In this document: piece after piece, positions 47,292 through 56,277 of the stretch | Numbering within the stretch: position 1 is the first letter of the stretch | How the letters are laid out: every line of letters starts with the position of its first letter | From: a virus | Direction: 5' to 3' (one strand) | IMG/VR virus record: IMGVR_UViG_3300028800_000061 | Span: 64,001 to 128,000 of that record | Length of the DNA stretch: 64,000 nt | Program-made: the position numbers and the translations under genes | The notes under the pieces: model-generated | What the model saw: the letters and a program-made list of their open reading frames with translations, nothing else | Told to the model about the DNA's origin: nothing | Databases searched by the model: none

Positions 47292-47963
47292 TCAGGCGGG
47301 CATGCAGAAGGGCCGCCCGCGGAGGACGGCCCTTCTGTCAGTTGCTGGCGGGTGGGTTAATCTCTCACCCTCGGATTGCCGCATCCGTTTATGTATGCCG
47401 TCGCGGCTGTAGCGGGTGGTGCAGGGCGGGCATGCGGGGGCGATGTTGGTGATATCGACGTTCAGGTAGTTGCCGTCGAGTTGGACGGCGAACAGTTCAG
47501 CGGTGCCGCCGATGGTCCGGCCCCACGATGCGAGCTGCCCGCACCAGTGGCACGGGTGCGGGCCCGGGCCGATCGCGTCATACAGCACTTTGCGGTGCAT
47601 GTAGACGTCGCCGTTGGCGTCGGCCAGCGGGTGGGTGCGGGCTTTGACCCGGATCCGGCCGTTGAGCATGATGGCTCCGGCGCCGTTCGGGCGGCGCAGG
47701 ACGATCGCAGGGTCTCCGTGTTTGCGCCAGCGGCCGTAGTGGGTGCTGCACCAGCCCAGCGATCGCGCTCGCTGGGTGCATTCCGGGAACTTGCACACAG
47801 GTGCAGGGGCTTGCCTGGGCGGAGCGATTGGGTCACCTGTGCGCCGCCACTGCTGGTAGTGCCGCCAGCAGTAGCGCATGGCAACCCAGCGTTCGGGGCA
47901 TTCCGGTACGCGGCAGATCTTGTCCCCTGCTGGCAAAGTCAGAAGGCCGGGCTGGTCTGTCAC
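47292..47963 (-). CDS. free-standing HNH endonuclease-like protein with degenerate active site
   Basis: Two CxxxxC..CxxHY repeats, YMHRKV, CHWCG; AVQLDG..N..N..CPPCT where DH..N..CxxCN is expected. Confidence 0.7.
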   Translation of the reverse strand: MTDQPGLLTLPAGDKICRVPECPERWVAMRYCWRHYQQWRRTGDPIAPPRQAPAPVCKFPECTQRARSLGWCSTHYGRWRKHGDPAIVLRRPNGAGAIMLNGRIRVKARTHPLADANGDVYMHRKVLYDAIGPGPHPCHWCGQLASWGRTIGGTAELFAVQLDGNYLNVDITNIAPACPPCTTRYSRDGIHKRMRQSEGERLTHPPATDRRAVLRGRPFCMPA

Positions 47964-48340
47964 GGTCCTGTCTGATCTTCTGTAGGCACAGGTGCCTGGT
48001 CCCGGCTGGCTGCGGCGTTGAAGGTGGCGAGGGCCTGTTTGGCGGCACGGTGCTGCATGTGGTCCACTCCCCGCTCGGTGAGGCACCAGCCGGTTGTGGT
48101 TACGACATCACCGCCGGGGGTCGCTTCGGCCATGAACCAGGCCCAGGACCCAATGGCTGCTTTTCTGCGCATGGTGACGGTGGCGTTCACCCGGATCGCC
48201 TGCTCACGTGCGTGAGATTGCGCGCGGGCGCTGAAAAGGTTGCAGATGGCACGTCTGCGCCGTCTCGCGATTATCATCGCGATCATGCCAAAACCGCCCG
48301 TGAGGGCCACTATGGTAACGAATAGCCACGCAATTGTCAC
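47960..48340 (-). CDS. membrane-anchored hypothetical protein
   Basis: N-terminal TM followed by RRRRR; operonic overlaps. Confidence 0.5.
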   Translation of the reverse strand: MTIAWLFVTIVALTGGFGMIAMIIARRRRRAICNLFSARAQSHAREQAIRVNATVTMRRKAAIGSWAWFMAEATPGGDVVTTTGWCLTERGVDHMQHRAAKQALATFNAAASRDQAPVPTEDQTGP

Positions 48341-48738
48341 GCCTGGTAGTGTACCTTTTGTCCTCGGCGGTGCGGATCATGGAAACGGGGGCGAACCCCA
48401 GCGGGGAGTACCTCACCTGGGGATCTGCAAATCCAGAGCCTGAGCGGGCGGTCCGCACCGCCGGGTGCCCGGCACGGCACGTCAACCAGGGCAAGGGCAG
48501 CTTTCGTCGCACATCTCGCCGACGGCGGCCGCAAGGTACCCGGCAGCGAATCCGTGAGTAAGCCCGATTACCACCGCCGCTGCGAGCTGCACACCCATGG
48601 CGAGCAGCAACCGGACGAAGAACGCACCATGGCCCGCTTCGAGGATGGTCAGTGCGGCCATCCCGCCGGCCATCTCAAGCTCTGAAATCTCACCGCGAGT
48701 GGCTATCTCGGCCCAACGTGCCGCCTTCATGCCGTGTT

Positions 48739-48924
48739 TCATGCCGGACTGCCACCATCAGAGCGGGCGGCGCCCCACTCCAGCCGTACCAGCTCAACGT
48801 TCGGCCGGGTGATGATGTACAGCGATTCAAGCCGGCTGAACCCGGCCTCCCGTAGTGAGGTGAACCACTCATGGCAGCCGGCTGCGCTCGCCGCCATTGG
48901 GGACAGACCGGGCATGGAGTCCAT
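48739..48924 (-). CDS. small hypothetical phage protein
   Basis: AGGAGG RBS; HEWFTSLREAGFSR.E.L. Confidence 0.55.
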   Translation of the reverse strand: MDSMPGLSPMAASAAGCHEWFTSLREAGFSRLESLYIITRPNVELVRLEWGAARSDGGSPA

Positions 48925-49012
48925 TCCGTCTCGTTCCTCCTGATCGGTGCAGGTTCCCTCACGGGCCGTGAGCTAAGATGCGTGCGCCCTTGAACCTCGC
49001 AGTCAGGAACTC

Positions 49013-50206
49013 GTGCGCACTGTGGACGATGCGGAACTCAAAACCAGGTACTTGCACGGTGAGGCAGTCGGTGTCATAGCTGCTGCCGCCGGGATGAGCA
49101 GAAAGAAGCTGCGGCACAGGCTGATAAGCCTCGATGTACCTCTCCGTGCCAGGACCGAGCTGATCGTGCAGCGTGCCCGGCAACTCGACGGGACTGATAC
49201 CGACGCCCGCTATACCGCCGGAGCGGGAATCGCCGAGCTTGCTGTCGATCTCACCGCCGAGCTCGGCGTGCACATCAGCGAAGGGGTTGTCCGCACATGG
49301 CTTGAAATGCGGGATGTTCCCCTCCGGGGCCGGTCAGCAGCAGCGAAACTTGCCTCCACTGCCCGGACCCGTGAGCAGCGCATGGAAATGACCGCCGCGG
49401 CGCGTGCGAGCACCCGGGGAATCCCCGTGCCGATCGAACGGCGACTGGCGGCCGCTATCGGCAGGGAGAACCCGCGGCCGGGAAGCTTGCCTCCCGCGAA
49501 CCGGGATCTGGCGCAAATCCTGCAGCGGTCCGGCCGGAGAGTTACCACGCTCAAAGCCGCTGGGCCGTACAGCATTCCCGTTGCGACCGGCACCACGGGC
49601 ATCGACCTGACCGCCAAAAGCACCGAGTGGATGCTGCGCGTACGCGGCCCGCGCTTGAGGTACCTGCTCGAAACCGGATGGGATGTCCTGTTCCTCCGCG
49701 TCATGTCGACCAGGTTCCCGATCCCGCCCGCGATGGCAGATCTGGTTTTCGACCGGCTCGCATGGCGCGACGGGCACCCGGACTCCCCACGCCGGTTCAT
49801 GGTGATCGACCGGAACGGCCAGATCATCCGGCAAGGATTCGCAGACGACTTGCCGCCATCCAACCTGGGTGCCACATCACGGATGATGCGTAAGCAGGAC
49901 TGCGGCAGCCAGTTAGATGACATCCGCCGGCATCATCGACTGCCCGGTGTCTCCCGGGTACAAGGAGCACCGGCAGTTCGGGTGAGCCGGCGGCTGATCA
50001 TCACCGGAGGGAAACTCATCCCCTACCGGGATCAGCCCGGCCGCCTCGTTGCCATCGCACACGGCGCACACCGTTGCGTCCCCAGCGGTGGCCCATCCGA
50101 CCGCCGCGATCCTGGCCTGCTGGTAGTACGCCAGCGCCGCCAAGGACATCGACCAGGTCACCTCGGTCTGGGTCACGACCAGGGCGGCAGGCTCATTTCC
50201 GAGTAG
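49013..50206 (+). CDS. HTH-repeat plus Vsr/DUF559-like endonuclease, antisense to the late operon, degenerate
   Basis: Two RY..G....IA....G repeats; GPYSIPVA..GIDL..RLRYLLETGWDVLFL. Confidence 0.55.
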   Translation: MRTVDDAELKTRYLHGEAVGVIAAAAGMSRKKLRHRLISLDVPLRARTELIVQRARQLDGTDTDARYTAGAGIAELAVDLTAELGVHISEGVVRTWLEMRDVPLRGRSAAAKLASTARTREQRMEMTAAARASTRGIPVPIERRLAAAIGRENPRPGSLPPANRDLAQILQRSGRRVTTLKAAGPYSIPVATGTTGIDLTAKSTEWMLRVRGPRLRYLLETGWDVLFLRVMSTRFPIPPAMADLVFDRLAWRDGHPDSPRRFMVIDRNGQIIRQGFADDLPPSNLGATSRMMRKQDCGSQLDDIRRHHRLPGVSRVQGAPAVRVSRRLIITGGKLIPYRDQPGRLVAIAHGAHRCVPSGGPSDRRDPGLLVVRQRRQGHRPGHLGLGHDQGGRLISE

Positions 50207-50653
50207 CCCATCGAGTACGCCAGTGAGTTGCCCTGCGGTGAGCCCACCCGCAACCGCAGCGAGAAGGGCTTGCTCCAGCCGTGTCACCCGCGTTGCCACC
50301 AGGCCGCCCACCCGCCGGTCACCCTCGTCAAGGATCGACTGCAGTGAGCTGTCCGGCGCGTCCAGGTCGATGCTGGTGATCTGGACGGCCGAGTTCCGGC
50401 CGAGCCGCCAGCCGTCCGCCCACAACTCCCGCATGATCCTGGTGAGCGCCACAGTTAGCGCTGCGGTAACCCCGGTTCGTTGCAGGTACCGTTTCGGGCC
50501 ACGCGGCCGCGCTGCTGCACCTGCCCCGTTGCCGCTAGCCAGCCACCCGGCAGCGAAATCGGCGGGCAAAACGCCCTGCAGTTCCCTGGCGAGCCGGCCA
50601 GCGTACTGGGCTGCTAGCTGCCGGTCCCGCTCCCACCCGGGCCAGTCAGGGCT
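49913..50653 (-). CDS. MuF/SPP1 gp7-like head morphogenesis domain, probably reached by -1 frameshift from the portal
   Basis: TQTE, WATAGDATVCAVCDGN, FPSGDDQPPAHPNCRC; frame is open from the slippery site. Confidence 0.85.
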   Translation of the reverse strand, partial: SPDWPGWERDRQLAAQYAGRLARELQGVLPADFAAGWLASGNGAGAAARPRGPKRYLQRTGVTAALTVALTRIMRELWADGWRLGRNSAVQITSIDLDAPDSSLQSILDEGDRRVGGLVATRVTRLEQALLAAVAGGLTAGQLTGVLDGLLGNEPAALVVTQTEVTWSMSLAALAYYQQARIAAVGWATAGDATVCAVCDGNEAAGLIPVGDEFPSGDDQPPAHPNCRCSLYPGDTGQSMMPADVI

Positions 50654-53121
50654 TTTGGGCTGCCATCATCCCCGCCACCCTTGTTGAGCTTGGCCCGGTT
50701 CATCGCCCCGTCCCACGGCCCGGTGTCCGTGCCCACAACACCGACCCATGCGAGGGTGCTTGTTTTGCCTGCCCGTTTGAGAGCGAGAGTCCGGTGCCAG
50801 CCGTCAGCGATCTCGTACTTCGCCTGGCCGGGTACTTTCACCAGCACGACCGGCGCGAGTTGCGTCCCGGCCCGGATGGATGCGGCGATCGCTTCTACTT
50901 TCGCCGGGTTGCGTGCACCGCCCGGGCGGCGGGCCATCTCGATCCGGGACAGTGCCACGGATACCGGCCCATGCCACCGTGCATCTTTGACCCACTCCAG
51001 CACGGCGGCCGGGTAGTGCCGTGCCAGGTACGCGTACACCTCATGTGTCAGATCGGCGTGGCTGGTCTGCGCCGCGATCTCTGCTGTGCTCTTGGTGCTC
51101 AGCATCGACCGGGCTACATCGCACACCTGATCGGCGGTCAAGCCCTTGCCCAGGTCCTCCTCGATGCTGGCGAGCAGTGCAGCGGGCAGATCTTGCGGCG
51201 CCCACCCGGTGACTGTGCCGCCTTTGCGCAGGTGATTGCGCAGCAGATCCAGTTCTCGCAGTTGCCCTTTCCTCGCGGAGGTTGGAGTGGCGTTCGCGGA
51301 GCCGACCGCACCGGAGCGCGCACCGGAGTGCGCCGGGGTGCCCCGGCCGGACTGGCTGACCGCGCCGCCGATTGCCCGCGGTGCCGGCTGCTGGGCGACC
51401 GTGGCGGGCCCCGCTGGTGGCGCCTGCTGCGGGGCGGTCGACGGGCCGCTTGTTCCTGCGATCTGCGCTGGATCCAGCGGTGCAGGTGTGGGCCGGGAGC
51501 CGGTGACCTGCGGTGCGGTCGGCGCACCAGCGAACGGGACGAAACCCTCGCGGACAGTCGCCCATCCAGGGTCGGAGGTGACAGGAAGGTTCCACGGGTC
51601 GCGGCCCAGCTCGACACGGGCCTCATCGACGGAGCACAATCCTGCGCTAATCTGCTCCACAAGAAGGGTTGTCAGAGTGGCGGCGTCTTCATCTTCTTCC
51701 AATCCTTCCCATTGCCACTCAAGGTCTTCCTGCCCGCACACATCTTGCAAGATCCTGTCGAATACCGCGGCCTTCAGCCACATTAGCAAGGGGACGGTTC
51801 CCTTGCGCTCCTGAATGTCCTGCCCGGCTTTCGCCATCTGGTTCGCCGCACCGACACTCTGGGTCGCGGAGACACGCGGTGAGATGCCCAGTTCCATGGG
51901 CATGACGGAGAACGCCATGCACACCTGGGTCATGATGATCTCATCGAACTGGTCGGCCAGGCTCGCGGGCTTCTGCGGGTCCACTTTCGACCCGCCTGGG
52001 AGAACAATGATTTTGTGCTTCCATGCTTGATCACCGGCAAGGGCATTCAGCGCGTCTTGAAGCTCCCGGATCTGCTGCGGGGTCATGTTCGTGTCACCCG
52101 GCGAAACGAACAGGCCAGGAATGGATCCCTCTTGGAAAAAGTTCAGCTGATACTGCTGCCGGTTCAACCCAGCCATGACCGGGATAATCGCCCGCTCAAT
52201 GGGCGCCTGACCGTACGGTGTCCACGTGCGGGCGGTGTACGGCAGGTACATCAGCTGATCGCCCCGGTACTCCGCGATGAGCCCGTCATCTGCGGTTTCC
52301 TCAACCAGCAGCGTCATCAGGTCCACACGCGGGACACCGTATTCGTATTGCTGATAGGCTGGGTTGGGCGGTGCTGGCACTCCGCCAAGCACATCCACCA
52401 GTGGCCGGATAAGTGTCCCGTCGATAAGATCTAGCGCGGCCACGTTTGATCCGAGCAGGCCCTTGTTCCGCACTTTCGACGGGTGCACGTACAGCGCCAG
52501 GGCGTCGGTAACGAACACTTCCTCAAGCAACGCGTCGAACCATGAGGAAAAATCGCCGTAGCGCGGATCGGGCTGGCGGAAGAACTTGACAGCCTGCGCC
52601 CTGCGCTCCGCGAAGTCGGCCATGCCGCTGTGCGAGCCCCGCAACGATTTCGCGGCGTCCCTTGTCAGGGCAATGTTCCACCCGACGCCACGCAACTCCG
52701 ATTTGCGCAATTCGATGCACGCACGGGCGACACTGTACAGGTCCGCGAGAGTCCGCAGAGTCTGGAAGTCGGCGAGCTTTCCAAGGCCTTCCGTGCCGGG
52801 CATGCCCATAGGCATGTCCCAGCCGATCGGGTACTGGAAGCGCCTTATCGGCGGCCTTTCCTCACCCGGTTCCGGAGTGTCAATCGGGACTGGCTCTATG
52901 GGGGCGAGCGGCCCGAACATGCCGGACAGGAATGTTCGCCAGTCTCGTGGCAGCCCGCCGTGCTGGCCGGCTGACCGGCCGGAGGTCCACTCGTTGTAAG
53001 AGGCAACGAGCGGGGACGGGCCCGGGCTGATCGACGGCGGTGTGACCGTGGCGAATCCGCCTGACCGGCCAGCGGCTGTCGCTTTCAGGGTGCGGGTGAT
53101 GGCGCGCAGGTCCGTGGGCAC
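50614..53121 (-). CDS. portal protein with C-terminal ParB/Srx-like domain
   Basis: LRTLADLYSVARACIE, LIDGTLIRPL, PYGQAPIE, FQEGSIPG, SVDEAR.ELG; C-terminal PVVLV..YEIADGWHR. Confidence 0.9.
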   Translation of the reverse strand: MPTDLRAITRTLKATAAGRSGGFATVTPPSISPGPSPLVASYNEWTSGRSAGQHGGLPRDWRTFLSGMFGPLAPIEPVPIDTPEPGEERPPIRRFQYPIGWDMPMGMPGTEGLGKLADFQTLRTLADLYSVARACIELRKSELRGVGWNIALTRDAAKSLRGSHSGMADFAERRAQAVKFFRQPDPRYGDFSSWFDALLEEVFVTDALALYVHPSKVRNKGLLGSNVAALDLIDGTLIRPLVDVLGGVPAPPNPAYQQYEYGVPRVDLMTLLVEETADDGLIAEYRGDQLMYLPYTARTWTPYGQAPIERAIIPVMAGLNRQQYQLNFFQEGSIPGLFVSPGDTNMTPQQIRELQDALNALAGDQAWKHKIIVLPGGSKVDPQKPASLADQFDEIIMTQVCMAFSVMPMELGISPRVSATQSVGAANQMAKAGQDIQERKGTVPLLMWLKAAVFDRILQDVCGQEDLEWQWEGLEEDEDAATLTTLLVEQISAGLCSVDEARVELGRDPWNLPVTSDPGWATVREGFVPFAGAPTAPQVTGSRPTPAPLDPAQIAGTSGPSTAPQQAPPAGPATVAQQPAPRAIGGAVSQSGRGTPAHSGARSGAVGSANATPTSARKGQLRELDLLRNHLRKGGTVTGWAPQDLPAALLASIEEDLGKGLTADQVCDVARSMLSTKSTAEIAAQTSHADLTHEVYAYLARHYPAAVLEWVKDARWHGPVSVALSRIEMARRPGGARNPAKVEAIAASIRAGTQLAPVVLVKVPGQAKYEIADGWHRTLALKRAGKTSTLAWVGVVGTDTGPWDGAMNRAKLNKGGGDDGSPKALTGPGGSGTGS

Positions 53122-53224
53122 AGGTCACCCCCCGCCCCTGTGCGTGCGTTGTTGCTGGTTTCGCGGGCAGGGGAGCTGGCAGGGCCTGCCGGTCAGCGGC
53201 GGCGGGCCCTGCCAGGTCGTCAGG

Positions 53225-53653
53225 TCAGAGCGAGAGCATCCAGGAGATGCCGTACACCGTGTTGGCCTGCGAGTCGGACGGTGATGTGATCGACACCGAG
53301 AACCCGGTCGCGGAGACGACAGTCACCGCCGGGCTCTTAGCGGCGACAGCTGAGGTGGTCGACGCGATGACCACGATTGGCACTGCGGGCAGTGTGGTGC
53401 CGAACGTGACCGCGACCAGTACGCCGGTCGCTGACGATGTGCCCGTGCCAGCGGTCAGGCTGCCCCTGGTGATCGTTGAGCCTGCCGCCACGACTGGGGA
53501 TGGCGGGGCTGAGCCCGCTCCCGCGCCCGCGGCCGCGGTGACAGTGGTTGAGTCCCATGGGGAGTAGCCCCACTCGGCGGCGGTCGTACTGGTCGCAACA
53601 AGGTACTGGCCTTGTGCGGGAACTCCGTAGGGGACGGCTACTGCGGTGCCCAT
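53225..53653 (-). CDS. putative virion structural protein
   Basis: T/S/A-rich beta protein (VTFGT..PIVVI); AAGGAG RBS. Confidence 0.6.
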   Translation of the reverse strand: MGTAVAVPYGVPAQGQYLVATSTTAAEWGYSPWDSTTVTAAAGAGAGSAPPSPVVAAGSTITRGSLTAGTGTSSATGVLVAVTFGTTLPAVPIVVIASTTSAVAAKSPAVTVVSATGFSVSITSPSDSQANTVYGISWMLSL

Positions 53654-53748
53654 ATGACTCCTTCTGCCCGCGCGCTCGCGGGCGGGATGGTTGACCTGAT
53701 TTGGTGATCACAGTGGGCATGCAGGTGAGAGCGGTCGGCAGCCTGTGG

Positions 53749-53973
53749 CTACGCGGTAGCGAGGATGAGCCCGCCGAGGCACGTTTCGGCGTGGTGGCGG
53801 CGCTCGGCGAGCAGCTCGGTGAACTGGCGTTTGCTGTTGGCTGTGCGCTGCCATCCGCACCACCGCTGCCCCTCGTGGCAGAGCAGGACGAACGGCAGCC
53901 GGATCGGCGGGCCGGCGACTTGCCCGTCCGTAAGCGATGCCGGGCTGATAGTGATATCGGAAGGTGCCGTCAT
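53749..53973 (-). CDS. small hypothetical protein
   Basis: ATGA overlap; C..C..H..C. Confidence 0.4.
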   Translation of the reverse strand: MTAPSDITISPASLTDGQVAGPPIRLPFVLLCHEGQRWCGWQRTANSKRQFTELLAERRHHAETCLGGLILATA

Positions 53974-54245
53974 CGTGGCATCCCGCACCCGTCAGTGAAC
54001 TTGATTGTCGTGCCGTACTCGGGATGGCCGTGGACCGCATAGAAATCATCCCAGCAGGCCCACACCGAGTGGCTTTTGAACTGGGTGCACCACCGGAGGA
54101 CCACAGTGCCGTCCGAGAAGATGGCACCCTCGTAGTCGGGTGAGTGCCCGCTGTTGGTGATGCCCGCGGCCTCGTATTCGGGGGGCGGCTCGGGCCGGTA
54201 ACCGGCGAACGATCGCGGGTACGTGTATGTCCTGGTGTAGGTCAC
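53970..54245 (-). CDS. phage hypothetical protein
   Basis: EGAIFSDGTVVLRW....S.SVW......VHGH. Confidence 0.65.
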   Translation of the reverse strand: MTYTRTYTYPRSFAGYRPEPPPEYEAAGITNSGHSPDYEGAIFSDGTVVLRWCTQFKSHSVWACWDDFYAVHGHPEYGTTIKFTDGCGMPR

Positions 54246-54487
54246 GCTGTCTCTTCCGGTTCGGGTGGGAGGGCGTCGGGCCACATGAGGCCGTCTTGCG
54301 GCCACCGGCCGTCTGGCCAGAACTCGACGGCTGCGAGGGTGCCGTTCTGGTGGAATTCGATCCGGCGGATTCTGGGGCAGGCCCGGGCGTGCGCGGCGCC
54401 GCAGTGATCGCACCTGCTGGCCCGGTACTGGGCCCACATGGCGCGGATCTCATCGGGTGCATATGACTGCCCGGTATCAGCCGCCAC
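54242..54487 (-). CDS. small zinc-binding hypothetical protein
   Basis: CDHCG..H..ACPRI..IEFH.NG. Confidence 0.55.
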   Translation of the reverse strand: MAADTGQSYAPDEIRAMWAQYRASRCDHCGAAHARACPRIRRIEFHQNGTLAAVEFWPDGRWPQDGLMWPDALPPEPEETA

Positions 54488-54501
54488 AACTTCAAATGGT
54501 G

Positions 54502-54550
54502 TTGACAGTGTCCGCCAGTTTCGGTAGGTTTGTCCGTATGACTAGGACAA
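54502..54550 (+). promoter_or_regulatory. promoter TTGACA-N17-TAGGTT with overlapping operator TTGTCCG-N7-AGGACAA
   Basis: -35 at 54502-54507, -10 at 54525-54530, palindrome 54530-54550, ATG 54538 near the expected +1. Confidence 0.75.
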
Positions 54551-55005
54551 TGTTGGATATGAGGTCAGCGCTGGTCCCACTCACGCAACTCCGCGAGATC
54601 CAGGGCTGCGCCGGCTCTGGCGGCATGGTCCGCTCGGAGTGGCGTAACCAAAGCAGACTGCGGGCGGGGCAGCTTGTCCGCCGGGACGGCTGGTGGCAGG
54701 TCATCACCGGCATGAGCCTGGACAAGCTGGGCGGCGGCCACCGTGTCCAGTTGCTCAGCGCGGACGGCGAGCGGACCAGCGTCCGCCTGCTGCGCTGCGA
54801 CGGCCTTGAGGTCCGCACCGACACCCGCATCGACCGGGCGACCCTGCAGCTCGCTGAGCGCGGCACGGATACCCGTGGCGTCTTCCACCGCTCCCGCAGC
54901 CGGGAGCGCGCCCGGGCAGTCCGCATTGAACGGCGGCAGAAGCCCTGGCGGAACGGTCACAGGGAGCGCGATCCGGGTCCGTGGCTGTGGGATATGTCAG
55001 CCTGA
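54538..55005 (+). CDS. hypothetical protein, probably leaderless
   Basis: ATG 8 nt after the -10 box; SH3-like LRAGQLVRRDGWWQVI. Confidence 0.55.
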   Translation: MTRTMLDMRSALVPLTQLREIQGCAGSGGMVRSEWRNQSRLRAGQLVRRDGWWQVITGMSLDKLGGGHRVQLLSADGERTSVRLLRCDGLEVRTDTRIDRATLQLAERGTDTRGVFHRSRSRERARAVRIERRQKPWRNGHRERDPGPWLWDMSA

Positions 55006-55053
55006 CATCCTGGGACTATTCCCCAGCCCCCGACCGCAGAGGAAACACGCTAA

Positions 55054-55371
55054 GTGACGTTCATCGAGTGCTCGTGGGATACGACTGTCAAGTCGACACT
55101 CCGCATCGATCTGAGCGATGCCCGGGATGTCATTGAGCAGTTGCCCGGCGGGGGATCCGGCAGCGTGGAGCGCAAAGCCATGCTGCTACGGGTGATCGAC
55201 AGGATGCTCACCCCCGGCACATTCATCGCTCCCAGCGATGTCCGGTTCGTCGCCCGAGCTATTGCTGACGCAAAGGATGCGATGATCGCGCACTTGCGCG
55301 ATCCCGGCCGCTACCGCAGTGAAGTAACTTTCGGCCCTCACGCCCTGGCCGCAGAACTGATCGAAGAGTAA
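55054..55371 (+). CDS. hypothetical protein
   Basis: GAGGA RBS then GTG. Confidence 0.55.
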   Translation: MTFIECSWDTTVKSTLRIDLSDARDVIEQLPGGGSGSVERKAMLLRVIDRMLTPGTFIAPSDVRFVARAIADAKDAMIAHLRDPGRYRSEVTFGPHALAAELIEE

Positions 55372-55589
55372 CGCTCGCCGGGGAGCATGGAAGGCGCCAG
55401 CCTGAGTGGCCTGGATTTACCAGGCAGGCGGCGCCTTCCATGTTGCGGGGTCACGTGGCCGGGGACCTGGCAGAGATGGTCAAGTAAGGGGGAACCAGCC
55501 CTGCCAGTGTGCGAGCCCCCGGTTAAAACCTTGGTAGGAGATGGTGCGCCGGCTCGCACTGCCCACCCATATGTGCCGTTAATACCCGT

Positions 55590-55709
55590 TCAGTGGTGAT
55601 GTGTAAACACGGTGACCACCAGCAGGATGAACGTGATGGCCAGCCACAGCAACGCCAGCCACAGAAACCACGATCCCAGCCGGGACAAAATGCGGCCCAG
55701 ATCTCTCAC
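55590..55709 (-). CDS. 39-aa single-TM peptide
   Basis: VRDLGRILSRLGSWFLWLALLWLAITFILLVVTVFTHHH; GTGA overlap. Confidence 0.5.
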   Translation of the reverse strand: MRDLGRILSRLGSWFLWLALLWLAITFILLVVTVFTHHH

Positions 55710-55981
55710 TGCTTCTCACCTGGCACAGGCGGCGGCACCCACCCCATCGCTTTCAGCGCTTTCTCAGTTGCCTTATCCACCACGACCCGGGATTGAACGC
55801 CGATGTCGAACGCGTCGAGCGGAAGCAGCGCCACCTTCAGTACCGGCACCTCATCCGCTGCGAGCGTCAACGACGCCTTCACCACGGTGCGCAACTCGAA
55901 ACCGTCCACCCGGATCACCGGGTGCGCGGCCTGGCCGGAGATCTCCACCTTGTGCGCGGGCATCTCGTGCTGGGATATCAC
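55706..55981 (-). CDS. hypothetical phage protein
   Basis: IRVDG.EL..V....L.LAADEVP.L; operonic overlaps. Confidence 0.55.
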   Translation of the reverse strand: MISQHEMPAHKVEISGQAAHPVIRVDGFELRTVVKASLTLAADEVPVLKVALLPLDAFDIGVQSRVVVDKATEKALKAMGWVPPPVPGEKQ

Positions 55982-56277
55982 GCTGGCGCAACCCACGGCT
56001 TGTCGACCGGGATGTGCGGGCGCAGCCCGCACCACTGCCCGTACGGCGCGCTGATCTCCTGCGGATCCAGCCGGGCCAGGGACCAGCCCGCCTGAAAGTA
56101 CGCCGAGGTGTCCTTGGTGAATTGCTCAAGATGCTCCGCGCTCTCCGGCTCGAACGCCGGGATCACCTTGACCACGGATCTCGTGATCGGATTGACGATC
56201 CGTGTCACGGGGGTACCGGGGATGAAATCGAGAAGCACGCGCCAGTCCTTTCGTGGTGTAGGAAACCGGAGGGTCAC
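55978..56277 (-). CDS. hypothetical protein
   Basis: GTGA overlaps on both sides. Confidence 0.5.
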   Translation of the reverse strand: MTLRFPTPRKDWRVLLDFIPGTPVTRIVNPITRSVVKVIPAFEPESAEHLEQFTKDTSAYFQAGWSLARLDPQEISAPYGQWCGLRPHIPVDKPWVAPA

